From Heptranchias perlo (Eukaryota): a stretch of DNA of 64,000 nt. The notes below the pieces were generated by a model. That model was given only the letters and a program-made list of their open reading frames with translations. It searched no databases and had not been told where the DNA came from. The translations under genes and the position numbers were made by a program. Shown in pieces: positions 25,295 to 38,223 of the stretch; the stretch's first letter is position 1; the number at the start of each line of letters is the position of its first letter. The stretch lies in the NCBI RefSeq assembly GCF_035084215.1, contig NW_027139217.1, forward strand, positions 1 to 64,000. Direction: 5' to 3'.

Positions 25295-26852
25295 CCCTTG
25301 TGTTCATGAACTCGGTGCTGATATAGCCGCCCTCATCCCTGTTCCCAGGGTTCCCTATCAACCTTCCCTGTCGGTTCAGCCCGAGGAAGCTGCCCGGAGG
25401 CTTCCCACCTTCGGAAGCCCAGTTGGGAGCCTGATTCAGACCACGACCTCCAGTCACTGAGGCTTCTTCATCTCTTCAACAGAAGGGTGACCCAGAGTCT
25501 GAAACTCTCAGTTCCACAAGTCCCTGCACCCGGGGGGGTTGAGTCTTTACTGGGGGTCTTGTAAAGGCCTCTGGCACACCTTTGCTGGATTCGTCCCACC
25601 AATCTCCAGGGCAGTTTGGGCAGACTTGATAAGCAGCCTCCGGTTATGGCCAAGGTGGACAGTGTCCATAGTGCCTCCACCACCCTGCGTCACACCTTGC
25701 AGTTCACTGATCCCCCTGGTGAACTTCAGTCCTGAAAACATCAGAAGGAAGGTCACCGCCCAGGAAACTGGTCCTGTTCCACCCACCACAATCCAAATGG
25801 TGGGACATGTGGGTCTGGTGGACCTTCCTGCAGGGTTTGGTGCATCTCCCGTGTTCCCTGAACCAAATCCACTGGGGCCGGCTTTATTATCAGCAGGTTA
25901 ATGTCTCGCAGGTGAGTTGAGGGAGGAATCCCTGCCACAGAGTGAGGACCACCTTCAGAGAGCATCACTGCAGCAGCAGGCCGTGTGTGTGTCCTCGATG
26001 TAGGAGCAGCGTCCATCGTCCAGTGGATCTTGTATCGCCAATTAGCTTGTCTGTGCACCTTGGGGTTCCTTCAGGAACTGGAGCAGCAACGACTGCAGCT
26101 GCCGTTCGATGCTGAGGACTTCTGTGGTGAGCAAGTGGAGGAGCTGCTGCAGGGCGACAAGCATCTCCAGCAGAACCTTCAGGCATTCCTGGATTGGCAC
26201 CCAAGGGGGCATAGTCTCACTTTGTAGCTTAGCCCACCCCCCATCTAGAGACCCCTTCAGGGACAGCAGCCTTTTCAAGGCTTTAACCGGACCCCATTGT
26301 CCTTTGTTCCAGGCCAGCCCATCATTCCAGATTAGGACCTGGAATACAGGGAGATCACAACAAGTAACCTTCGAGACCCTGTCCAGCTCCACCTCCCCAA
26401 GCAGTGATTCCTGCCTTGATAGCCCACCACAGATCTGGATGGTGGGCCATTTCCAGTCCTTCCATGTGGACGTGGATCACTCTGGACACTTGGGTCCAGG
26501 AGACCAGGAGTAGTGAGAATCCTCGGCATTAGCAGCTTGAGTCTCTGTGTTTTCACAATGTGGTTTGGTTTGACCACCAGAGGAACTATCTACCAGTGGG
26601 TGAACTGATAGGTGAGATCAGGGTCTTCTCCCATCCACACTGAGAGAGTGAGTGAGAGTCACAGTCAGTTTCGTCATCCAGAAGGACCAACTGGTGGGGA
26701 TATTTCTCCAGTTGAGCCTCGCTCCACCAGTAATGTTTCCACAGGTCTCCTTTGTCACAGCATCTGAACTCGAGCTGGTTGTCCTGGGAGCACAGTGTTC
26801 TCCAGGGGTTGGTGCTACAGCCGTCAGGCTCTTCAGATAATGCTTCGATATG

Positions 26853-27790
26853 AATGTAAAAGGTATGATCAGTAAGTTCGCTGATGATACAAAGATTGGT
26901 AGGGTGGTAAATAGCGAGGAGGATAGCCTCAGTCTGCAGGACGATATAGATGGGTTGTTCAGATGGGCGGAACAGTGGCAAATGGAATTTAACCCGGAAA
27001 AGTGCGAGGTGATGCACTTTGGAGGGACTAACAAGGCAAGGGAATACACAATGAATGGGAGGACCCTAGGCAAGACAGAGGGTCAGAGGGATCTTGGTGT
27101 GCAAGTTCACAGATCCCTGAAGGCGGCGGAACAGGTAGATAAGGTGGTAAAGAAGGCATATGGGATACTTGCCTTTATTAGCCGAGGCATAGAATATAAG
27201 AGCAAGGAGGTTATGATGGAGCTGTATAAAACACTGGTTAGGCCACAGCTGGAGTACTGTGTGCAGTTCTGGTCGCCACACTACAGGAAGGATGTGATCG
27301 CTTTGGAGAGGGTGCAGAGGAGATTCACCAGGATGTTACCAGGGCTGGAGCGCTTCAGCTATGAAGAGAGACTGGGAAGATTGGGTTTGTTTTCCTTGGA
27401 GCAGAGGAGGCTGAGGGGGGACATGATTGAGGTGTACAAAATTATGAGGGGCACAGATAGGATGGATACTAAGGAGCTTTTTCCCTTCGTTGAGGGTTCT
27501 ATAACAAGGGGACATAGATTCAAGGTAAAAGGCGGGAGGTTTAGAGGGGATTTGAGAAAGAACTTTTTCACCCAGAGGGTGGTTGGAGTCTGGAACTCAC
27601 TGCCTGAAAGGGTTGTGGAGGCAGGAACCCTCACAACATTCAAGAAGCATTTGGATGAGCACTTGAAATGCCATAGCATACAAGGCTACGGACCAAATGC
27701 TGGAATATGGGATTAGAGTAGACAGGGCTGATGGCCGGCGCGGACACGATGGGCCGAAGGGCCTCTATCCGTGCTGTATAACTCTATGAC
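26853..27790 (+). mobile_element. Young 5'-truncated CR1 with an uninterrupted 288-aa ORF2 C-terminus and complete 3' UTR
   Basis: KFADDTKIG through to the stop at 27716; tail CTCTATGAC; TCGATATG at 26845-26852 and 27791-27798 (candidate TSD). Confidence 0.95.
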
Positions 27791-28489
27791 TCGATATGGG
27801 TGGGAGGCCTCATTCAGGATCAACGGGCTTCTAGACCAGTGGACATGGGTGGGTTCACTTGGCATTTCAACAGGCCCGAGGTGTGAACGGTCCAATAGGA
27901 CATTATCCACTTTCAGACTGGGTGTGGGGTCTCAGTGTGTCTCCAGACAGACAGTATGACAGGAGTCCGGTCTGTCCACAAACAGGGCGGGACTCCCTCC
28001 TGGGTCCCTCTGTCACGGTGACACGTTGCTTCCCATTGGTGGTTGAACCACAGGGTGACGCTCATGGTGCCACATTTGGCCGGGGTGGACAACACTACAG
28101 TCGGCAAACTCAGCTGCTCTGTAACCCACCCTGACCAGTGGGTGACCCACACTCTCCTGCTCTGTAACCCACCCTGACCAGTGGGTGACCCACACTCTCC
28201 TGCTCTGTAACCCACCCTGATTGAGTTCTGGGTTGTGCTAAAAGTGAACACTGTACGGGAGCCGGGGAGTTTGTGGAAAAACATGTGGTCGGCCCTCCAA
28301 ATTTAGGCGGTCTAAAAAATGTCTAAACAAGTTCACGCCTGAGGAGATTCCCAACAAATGGGAAAGATCCCGATGATTAGATTCACATTCTGCCCCATTC
28401 GGCCCGTCAATGGTCAGGAGCTGATGTCCATCCAATCATTGCTGGCTCAGTAACTGAATTCCAATCCACTGAGCACAGCACGGCCGAAA

Positions 28490-29100
28490 GGAATGGGATC
28501 AGATCCCAGTGAATTAAATGAATGGGATCAGATCCCGGTGAAATAATGGAATGGGATCAGATCCCGGTAAATTAATGGAATGGGATCAGATCCCAGTGAA
28601 TTGATGGAATGGGATCAGATCCCAGTGAATTAATGGAATGGGATCAGATACCAGTGAATTGATGGAATGGGATCAGATCCCAGTGAATTAATGGAATGGG
28701 ATCAGATCCCAGTGAAATAATGGAATGGGATCAGATCCCGGTAAATTAATGGAATGGGATCAGATCCCGGTGAATTAAAGGAATGGGATCGGATCCCGGT
28801 GGATTAATGGAATGGGATCAGATCCCAGTGAATTAATGGAACGGGATCAGATCCCAGTGAATTAATGGAACGGGATCAGATCCCGGTGAATTAATGGAAC
28901 GGGATCAGATCCCGGTGAATTAATGGAATGGGATCAGATCCCGTTGATTTAAAGGAATGGGATCAGATCCCGGTGAATTAATGGAATGGGATCAGATCCC
29001 GGTGAATTAATGCAATGGGATCAGATCCCGGTGAATTAATGGAATGGGATCAGATCCTGGTGAATTAATGGAATGGGATCAGATCCCGGTGAATTCAAGG
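28490..29100. repeat. 29-bp minisatellite with internal hairpin GGGATC-A-GATCCC, ~21 copies
   Basis: GGAATGGGATCAGATCCCGGTGAATTAAT. Confidence 0.97.
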
Positions 29101-29832
29101 ATATTACAGTAAACACTTTAAAAGAAAGATTGGGAGAGTTTTTGTTCAAGCTATAACGAGACGGAAGTGGGAACTCTGGACAATCCACCGACTGGTTTCA
29201 ATCATTGCCGAATGTTCAGGGAGTGTCTGCTGGGACAGAGCTGGACTGGAGATGGTCGGAGACCAGGCTCCGAGACCCTGTGTTCAGATGGTGTCCGCAG
29301 AGTAGGAGTGGAAAAGCAATCGCCTTGTAATGCAGGGCCGTATCAGGGCCAGAGTGATCTCCTGGACGAGTTCCCATCGCCTTAGGGGGTCGGAGAGGAA
29401 TTTCCCCGATTTATTTCCCCAAATTGCCTGTGTTTTTAATCTGTTTTTCTGCCTCTCCCAGGAGATCACGTGGTCTTGGGTGGGGTGGGGAGTCGATATA
29501 TTGTGATACACAAGGCTTGGTAGTTGTGGGTCAGGCTTGATGGACCAGAGTGTCTTTTCCTGGCCGTCATTTCTCGTATCTTTGTATGTTTTAAGAGTCA
29601 CGTTATTTCAACGCCTCAAATGTGAGAAGTTTAACATCTGGAAATAAATGTGGAGGAAAACTCAGTAAGTGTGTGTTTTGTGATTAGTGACGGGTGATAG
29701 TGAGGAACAGAAAGGGGAAGAGATGAGTTCTCCGATGGGGGATTGCAGACTGGGGATTGTCCCTGGGCTCAGCTACTGACTGGGTGAACTCTCTGAGTCA
29801 CACACCAGGCAGGGCCCAGAGTCAATCCCCAG

Positions 29833-30322
29833 TGTCGGAGTTTCCCATTAACCCTGTGAGGCTCGGCTTAAACAAGTTACTGAGCAGAGTGATCAACTTA
29901 GATAAACTTAGAGATAAAATTAGATAAAATTAGTCAGACACTAAGAGTACTTCCCTTTTTGTTCACTTTATTAAAACAAAAATAAATACTCAATACACAA
30001 TCCCAATTTCGATTACAGAGTTTAACAAAACTCAGTAACTAAATTTACAATATCTTTCAGTGGCCAAATCCATGCAACCTTTGTTCGGACTGCACTGCAC
30101 CCAGAATCAAGGAGTGATCAGCTCCCTCCATCTCTGGAGGTTCCCCCACACACGTCTGAGCTCTTCTTCCTCGTAGGCGGTTTCTGTCCCACATTAAGTT
30201 TCCACAGGATCGCTCGAAGACAAGGTCACTGTTAAATTTACAAAGAATGTCTCTCGCTCAACACAGTGGAGCACAACATGGTCAAATATCCCATGATGCA
30301 CCAGCACGCTGACCGTCAACAT
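29833..30322 (-). repeat. 3' LTR preceded by a polypurine tract
   Basis: Minus strand AAAAGGACTGAAGGGAAA|TGTTGAC at 30322; ends in CA at 29833 or 29855 (outer end ambiguous). Confidence 0.7.
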
Positions 30323-31427
30323 TTCCCTTCAGTCCTTTTATTCATCAATCTCGACACTCCCTCCTCGAGTGGATCAGATTGATCCAGATCCACTTTTAAT
30401 GAGTGATCTGATCATCGCTGATTGTCGAGTGCTCGTACAGTCCGAACGAACGGATACTCACACTTGTGCAGTATCTAACAGGACATTAGACAAAGGATGA
30501 TCATTGGTGGAAGCCATATCACCGTTCCATTTCCACTTGTTGTAGAGTGGGGACTATTTGTCTCTGTCTGTGTCAGGTCGATTTAAAAATCCCGAGTGCA
30601 ACAATCACCAGTCCAATCTGAATTATCAATAACAACATCGATGTGATCCTGACCCACGGATATTGTCCAATGTTATAAACAATCTCCACCCTTCATGATC
30701 TCCAAACATTTGGGGGGTGTATCAGTTGTGGAGAGTCCCAGTGGGCAGAAGTGGTCTGACTTAGGACGTTGTGTATCCGTAGACCCAGATGGAGATATTG
30801 AGAAGTGTTGATCGTTTCATGTTGAACAGCCACCCCAGGAGACTTGGTCTTTAACAGTCTACACATCAGGAGAAAGAGAAAACACGGGCAGTAATGGCTG
30901 TTCTTTGTTAATCCCTGATCCTCCCTCTCTTTCCCTTCGGAACCTCATAAGGGTTGTCCCCAGGATTGCTTCCCCTTTAATGACATCCTGGGCAGGGAGA
31001 GATAGTCGTCTCCCTCTCAATTGCTGTCGGCCCCTTCTCTCTGGTGAGGACAATGGAGCTCGGGGGAAGGGCTCATCGTCCCAACACCGGGGTCGTTCCC
31101 CCCATGGGATATTGTCCAATGGGATTTCATTTATTGAACCTGCTGGGGGTGGATTCTGGTTGGGAAATGCTTTTCGCTGGTTAACATGGAACCACTTTTC
31201 CTTTTGTCCATCATCACCTTGTACAGCGATGGGCTGGCCTTGTCCACTATGGGTCTGGGCCTTGATAGGTAGCAGAGAATGGGCCGGTCTGGTCATAAGT
31301 CTTGACCAGAACCTGTTGGCCGATCTGTCCTATTCCACAGGCCGCACTTTTCCATCAACGTACATTTTAACCCCCAGCGTGCTGCATCTCCTCCCCGGTG
31401 AAATGACTTCCTTGGTCTGAATCAATG

Positions 31428-31666
31428 GATCACCGGACTGTCAGATCACCAGACTGCCAGATCACCAGACTGCCAGATCACCGGACTGTCAGATCACCAG
31501 ACTGCCAGATCACCGGACTGCCAGATCACCGGACTGCCAGATCACCAGACTGCCAGAACACCAGACTGCCAGATCACCAGACTGCCAGATCACCAGACTG
31601 CCAGAACACCAGACCGGCAGATCACCAGACTGCCAGATCACCAGACTGCCAGATCACCAGACTGCC
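31428..31666. repeat. 16-bp tandem repeat at the site of the missing integrase core
   Basis: GATCACCAGACTGCCA, ~15 copies. Confidence 0.95.
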
Positions 31667-34197
31667 CCTTTAATGAGGTGAGAGTTGTGACTGGACCAGA
31701 ATGTCACACTGTAGGTGCCTGGTGTGCCTGATAAAGGAAGTGATTCCTTAAGCCCTCCAGTCCGACCCATGCTCCGACCCGGAATAATAAACCAGCCTTA
31801 ACTGTTAATCCCTTTCTCCCTTCACCCGGGCTCGGAGGGGAGATTCCCGCCTCCAGTGAATTAATCACTTGCTGGATTTGGATCTCCTCAGCCTGCGTCT
31901 CCTTCAAATCCCCCAGAGTCAGAGGATCTTTCAGGAAGGTCACAATCTCTGCTGGGGAAGCTCTCGTTCGAGGGTCCCACTGAATTCCATTCTCTCCCCC
32001 TTCTTTGACCAACTGCTCTGCCCTCTCATTTCCTTCCCACCCACTCCCGTTCCTGGTGTGAGCTTTAACTTTCTGTGATGTAATTTGCCCTGCGTACGAT
32101 TTAATGTGTGAGGAAACGGACTGAAGTCGTGGGGGGGCCGATGGGAAAAGCTTCCCATCCGCTGATGGAAAACCTCTCTTTTCCCAGATGGGTGAGGATT
32201 CCGTCCGGGAATCTGAATCGATGGCGGCTGGGAGCTGAACCTGGCTCATCTGGGTCATCATCTCGATAATCACTGCTGATTCAGCTGTTTGAGCCCAGAG
32301 GGGGGATGGTCACAGTCGGGAGATCTCCTTTCCCTGTTGTGGAAATATATCCCACAGCCAGTTAGGTGTAACCCCTCTCTTTGCTCGTCAGGAGCCGCCA
32401 ACAAACACTGGAGTAGAGTTGGGAATTTTCTGGGCCTTGAATCGGTCCATTCCCCAGATCGGTGGTTACCTTATAACGGTGGGGCCGACCCTGATACAGC
32501 AGCTTTCCGGGTAAGTTCGGGTCAGTCTCTGGTGTGTTTGTCCACGGTATCTCTACCCTGGAGGAGGAAGGTCCACCTCACTGGTCAGTTATTGAGACTG
32601 ACCCATCTTTCAATCTCCCATCGAACAATAACTCGGTCGGGGAGTGAGATGTGAACAAATGCAGGGGAGCTCGGCCAATGATGTCAGTGAAAAGCTGCAC
32701 CGGTCCAGAATGTGGCCGAGACGTGCCCTTCACCTGCTGAATAATTAACCTGGACCGGCCTTAGGACCCAGGAGACACACGCTACAGGACACAACTTCCC
32801 CGGTGTCTCCTGCAGCAATCCAGCTGGCAGAGCAAACTCGGAAACTGCCACTTGGAGTGAGGAAGGGCCTTCTGGGGTGGCTGTTGTAAGACGGGAGCTG
32901 TGTGAAGAGCAGCTTTTAGTTTCCCCACTGCCTCTGTGCAGGCAGGCGTCCAGTCCCAGGGCGCATCCGTCTTTAGCAAGGCAAATAAGGGAGTGCTGAG
33001 AGTCACAGAGTCTGCTGTCCAGTCCCTCCAATACCCACCCGAACCCAGGAAAGATGGGACCACCTTTACTGAGGGAGCCTGGGGAACTCCTGCAGTGTTT
33101 GTCCTTTCCCTCGGGCTCTGCTTTTCTCATCCTCCCTGACGGTGACTCCACTGGGAGATTTGGGCTTTTTTGGGATTGACTTTCACCCCCGGTCTCTGAG
33201 CAAACTCAGTAACTCATCCAGGAGATGAGTGTTCAGAAGCTTCCTGGGAGAATCAACACGGCTTGAAGAGGTGGGCAAATCCGGGCTGTGTATTCCCACC
33301 ACTCCCTTCACTCTCCGCACTCATGTTCAGACAGTGCGAATGTCTGGGGGTTTCTGTCAACGACCCTCTTTCTATCCTCTGGTGTGGACCTGAAGAGTTC
33401 CTCCAGGTTGGAATTTTTCACTCTTTGTATTAAACACCCCTCCCCTTCTCCTTCTGGAATATCGGTCAGGGGATTCCTGGTTCCCCCTTCAGCTTTCCAG
33501 AGGGACTGAACCAGGTTAATCTCGGGAGACTGACCAGCGATTGGATCCATTCCCAGTATCACTGAGTGTCATCAGAACACCAGACCAATTGAATGGGTGG
33601 GCTCCCAACACCATGGCTCTGGGGTTTGATTCGAATCCTAATTGGATGTCCCAGTAAACCCCCACCCACCCCGGGTCACTGTGACCCCCCCCCCCCCGGG
33701 TCACTGGGGGGTCCAATCCTGCCCGGCCTCTTTCCTCACCAGCCTGATCTCCCTTCCAGTCCTGCCCACAGTCCCGAGCAAGGTGTCCCGTCTCCCTACA
33801 GTTGGAACATTTCATCCCACTGCTCCCTCTCACCCTGACACTTGTATTTATGGGGTTTTCTGTTGGTTTCCCGCTCCCTTTCTTATCCTGACCCTGTTTC
33901 TGAGTCCCAGGTCCCTCATTTTTCCGAGCTGTGACCAGACTTACCCTGGGCTCACCACCCACTTTCCGGTTTTCCCAGGTTCGGGTCATTCTCTGAAGGA
34001 CACACGCCTCACTCTGGTTCGCCTCCTCTGGGATCGAATCCCACAAGGGCAGACGGCAAATAGGGTCGGGCCTGACCGTTCAGGCTTCTAAACCAGTGGC
34101 TCACTGTGGGACGCTGCCCGAAGACCCACCGTTCAATCCTGGACCGTACACCCGATCATAGAGTCGTTATAATCGATTGGCAAACACCTCGCGATAT

Positions 34198-35347
34198 TCA
34201 GTGGGCCCCTGATGGTATTTTTAGACTCTCAGTGGGCACCTGATGGTATTTTTAGACCCTCAGTGGGCCCCTGATGGTATTTTTAGACCCTCAGTGGGCC
34301 CCTGATGGTATTTTTAGACCCTCAGTGGGCCCCTGGTGATATTTTTAGACCCTCACTGGGCCCCTGATGGTATTTTTAGACCCTCAGTGGGCCCCTGATG
34401 GTATTTTTAGACCCTCAGTGGGCCCCTGATGGTATTTTTAGACCCTCACTGGGCCCCTGATGGTATTTTTAGACTCTCAGTGGGCCCCAGATGGTATTTT
34501 TTGATCCTCAGTGGGCCCCTGATGGTATTTTTAGACTCTCAGTGGGCCCCTGATGGTATTTTTAGACCCTCAGTGGGCCCCTGATGGTATTTTTAGACCC
34601 TCAGTGGGCCCCTGATGGTATTTTTAGACCCTCAGTGGGCCCCTGATGGTATTTTTAGACTCTCAGTGGGCCCCTGATGGTATTTTTAGACCCTCAGTGG
34701 GCCCCTGATGGTATTTTTAGACCCTCAGTGGGCCCCTGATGGTATTTTTAGACTCTCAGTGGGCCCCTGATGGTATTTTTAGACCCTCAGTGGGCCCCTG
34801 ATGGTATTTTTTGATCCTCAGTGGGCCCCTGATGGTATTTTTAGACCCTCAGTGGGCCCCTGATGGTATTTTTAGACTCTCAGTGGGCCCCTGATGGTAT
34901 TTTTAGACCCTCAGTGGGCCCCTGATGGTATTTTTAGACCCTCGGTGGGCCCCTGATGGTATTTTTAGACCCTCAGTGGGCCCCTGATGGTATTTTTAGA
35001 CCCTCAGTGGGCCCCTGATGGTATTTTTAGACCCTCAGTGGGCCCCTGATGGTATTTTTAGACCCTCAGTGGGCCCCTGATGGTATTTTTAGACTCTCAG
35101 TGGGCCCCTGATGGTATTTTTAGACCCTCAGTGGGCCCCTGATGGTATTTTTAGACTCTCAGTGGGCCCCTGATGGTATTTTTAGACCCTCAGTGGGCCC
35201 CTGATGGTATTTTTAGACCCTCAGTGGGCCCCTGATGGTATTTTTAGACCCTCAGTGGGCCCCTGATGGTATTTTTAGACCCTCAGTGGGCCCCTGATGG
35301 TATTTTTAGACCCTCAGTGGGCCCCTGATGGTATTTTTAGACCCTCG
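34198..35347. repeat. 31-bp minisatellite inside gag, ~37 copies
   Basis: CTCAGTGGGCCCCTGATGGTATTTTTAGACC. Confidence 0.97.
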
Positions 35348-36586
35348 GTGTGTTCCCCTCTATTAAACCCGATCGCTGTTAATCCAGCTTCCTGTGTTTG
35401 TCGCCAATCCCCGGAACCATTTTTACGGTTTGCTGTCAGCGCTCCAAACAGCCCCCCCAAGGTCCACGGTAACAATCTCACTTCCCCCCATCATCCATGC
35501 CGCTGGGCACAGCCGTTTGTTCCCCTTCTACACAATGTCTCATCACGTCCCCTCTCCTGTCAAACTCGGGGACTTGTTTGGCTCGTTCCTGAAGGACCTG
35601 CTGACTATCCAGTCCTACATAGTGACTCACTACCTCTCCTGGGTCTCTGTCTGCGTCCTCTCTCTTTACCTGAATCACTGGCTCCATAGGTGGGGGCAGC
35701 TCTCTGAGTCTGGGCTCACAATCCCCACTATGGGACTGTGCTGCCTTCCCTGCCAAATCTTCCCAGTCTCCCTCATCCAACTCCCTTCCTTCCCCCTCTT
35801 CACCAGGCGGCACTATCGTTCACACTATCCCCCCTTTTACTCTCAACACCGCCGGGAACTTTAGTGTCTCTCGCTGACAGTGAGTGCGACTCACTTCATC
35901 TCCCTCCCCAACCTGTTTAACCAACTCAAACTGGCTTCTCACTGTTGCTCAGAAATCACCATGTTCTCTTCGCAATTTCAAACACAAGAGTTCCTGATTA
36001 TTATTCAGAGCTTTAAATCTCTCAAGTTCTCTGTTCTCACTGAGAACCTTTGTCTGGAAATACTCAACGTGGTTTTCGAGAGACTGGACTCGTCTCTCCA
36101 CCATCTCTTTATTCTTCCCCTCTTTGTCCAAAGCCTTTTCCTTGTCTCTCTGCTCCTGTTTAAAAATCTCTTCCTTCATTCCCAGTTCTTTTTCAAAACC
36201 CTCTGGGCGCTAAATTGGCCCGTGTATCGCCCGTTGTTTCGGTGCTCCACCTCCCTCCAGTCCGAAAAACAACCTTCTTCTCCTGCCGCTCCGTCCTTGT
36301 TTTGGACTGAATGCCCATCGCGAAGAACCATACGGCTTTCTCTTGTTTCTCTTTAAGTTCCTTGTCCTGAATTAATTGATGAAATCTCCCCTGACACGCC
36401 CTCATCGTGTCTGCCTGGCTTTCCATGCCCTGAAACTCTTCCTCCCACTTCGGAAGTTTCTCAGCTATATGGGCAGATATTTGTCCTTCCATATCGGCCA
36501 TAACAGCACTGAGCTCAGACAGAGCTCACTGTCTGCGGTAGTTTACACTCCTTTTAAACTCAGGATCCACGTCACGCACTGAAACC

Positions 36587-36886
36587 TGAAGCATTTTCTC
36601 ATTAACCCTGTGAGGCTCGGCTTAAACAAGGTACAGAGTGGAGAGAGAAACTTCGATAAACTTCGATAAAATTAGACAAACTTAGTCACAGACACAAAGA
36701 GTACTTCCCTTTTTGTTCCTTTTATTACAACAAAAATAAATACTCAATACACAATCCCAATTTCGATTACAGATGTTAACAATACTCAGTAACTAAATTT
36801 ACTCCATCATTCAGTCGCCAAATACACACAACCTTTGTTCGGACTGCACTGCACCCAGAATCAAGGAGTGATCAGCTCCCTCCATC
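36587..36886 (-). repeat. 5' LTR, partial, truncated by an L2 fragment
   Basis: Matches 29845-30130 (CATTAACCCTGTGAGGCTCGGCTTAAACAAG ... GATCAGCTCCCTCCATC). Confidence 0.8.
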
Positions 36887-37180
36887 CTCCCATCTTCCAC
36901 CCTCCGTAAACTTCAACTCATCCAAAACTCTGCTCCCGTATCCTAACTCTCACCAAGTCCCGTTCTCCCATCACCCCCTGTGCTCACTGACCTACACTGG
37001 CTCCCGGTCCGGGAACGCCTCGATTTTAAAATTCTCATCCTTGTTTTCAAATCCCTCCATGGCCCTCGCCCCCTCCCTATCTCTGTAACCTCCTCCAGCC
37101 CTACAACCCTCCGAGATCTCTGCGTTCCTCCAATTCTGGCCTCTTGTCCACCCCCACTCCCTTCACCCCACCATTGGTGG
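36887..37180 (+). mobile_element. L2-clade LINE fragment
   Basis: [27 protein letters not shown]; similar to 19836-20075. Confidence 0.88.
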
Positions 37181-38176
37181 CCGTTCCAGGTGCCACGGGA
37201 CAGGCCCCCTACAGACACAAGTAAAGATTGCAGCAATGTGAGTGAACACGGCCAGCCCGGCCCAGGACACAATCCTTCCCATCAAACCTCTCCAGGAGCA
37301 CCAGATCTCAGAGAAGACCGAGTGTTCCAGCATAGTGTCACAAGGTACACTGCACAATGGGTCAGTCTAAGGCCCAGGGTCCTAGGTGAGGTATAATCCC
37401 CATCCTCAAATCCTCAGCACAACCAGCTCCCCCTCTCAAGGTGACAGATTCCATCCTCCAGTATATTAAACAGCTGCAGGGTCTCACTGAGCAGCTGACG
37501 GGACCCAGAAGTTTGTTGCTCACCAGTCCTGGTTTCGAAACCTCCAGTTCTCCCTGTTTAAATTAATTCATTCCACTGCTGCCAGGAATATTAACCTCCA
37601 CAACCCAGCCAGACGTCTGGAATTCCCTCCTCACTCCCCCAACATATTCACTTAAAGCCTCGGCCTGACGATGGCCCAGAACGATTGGACCTTCAGTTTG
37701 TTAGCTGAAGGGAAGTGGATGCTGCAGCAGCTCAGGCACCTTTAATAGAACAAGAGGTCACCAGGTGATTCCTGGGGTCAGAGAGAAGCTTTACTCTCTC
37801 CCTGACCTCACCTGGGCCTGATTCACACTGATGATGGGTTCAAAAAAACTCTTCCTTCCCACAAAAAAAGCTCGTATTGCCAGATCTGCGATGTATTAAA
37901 CCCCAGTTGATCAATGGTGGACCGTGACTGTCAAAGGAATTCCACTTCACCCCTGGGGGTTGTGTCTTTTACAGACTGTGTTCTGGAATCAGGGTTTCAC
38001 TCAGTGAGAAATCTCGACAAACATTAAGTGAAAAAGCAGCGTTCCAGTGAGGAGACTCAGTCCAGTCAGATATAAGCAGCTCCCTCCCGACCCCCTGAGC
38101 CCACAGTTACTGCTCTTCACAACCTGGTTTGCTGCTCGTTCAGCTGCTGTTGAACTCAAGTGATTGACTTCGTACC

Positions 38177-38223
38177 TCAGGCTCGGGCTGATGAGTTCGA
38201 GGACGATTCTCCTCTTTCAGCAG
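38177..38223 (-). CDS. MHC-I exon 7, cytoplasmic end (PAERGESSSNSSARA*)
   Basis: Acceptor TTTTCTTTTCACAG|C; Ser-rich class I tail; TGA. Lies across the N gap from exon 6. Confidence 0.82.

Larger units (their letters stand above)
29833..36886 (-). mobile_element. Decayed LTR retroelement / endogenous retrovirus-like element: coiled-coil and gag (CCHC), PR, RT remnant, tether RNase H, second RNase H, IN ends, env-like remnant
   Basis: Direct repeats at ~29845-30130 and ~36600-36886; CSNCRETGHLARDC; ILGMD; SFLGSGGYWR..WDWTPAC; VFVGGS..TGCGIYF, SAQTAE, KVKAH..GNERAE; KWFHVNQRKAF; YPWVRITSMLLLIIQIGLVIV. Confidence 0.85.

Noticed and set aside
28490-29100. CRISPR-like palindromic 29-bp repeats (also the 28-, 31- and 41-bp arrays)
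   Set aside because: Head-to-tail units with no unique spacers, no cas genes, and a eukaryotic context
36560-36590. Primer-binding site next to the 5' LTR
   Set aside because: GGTTTCAGTGCG is only vaguely PBS-like and lacks a clear TGG; the tRNA cannot be assigned
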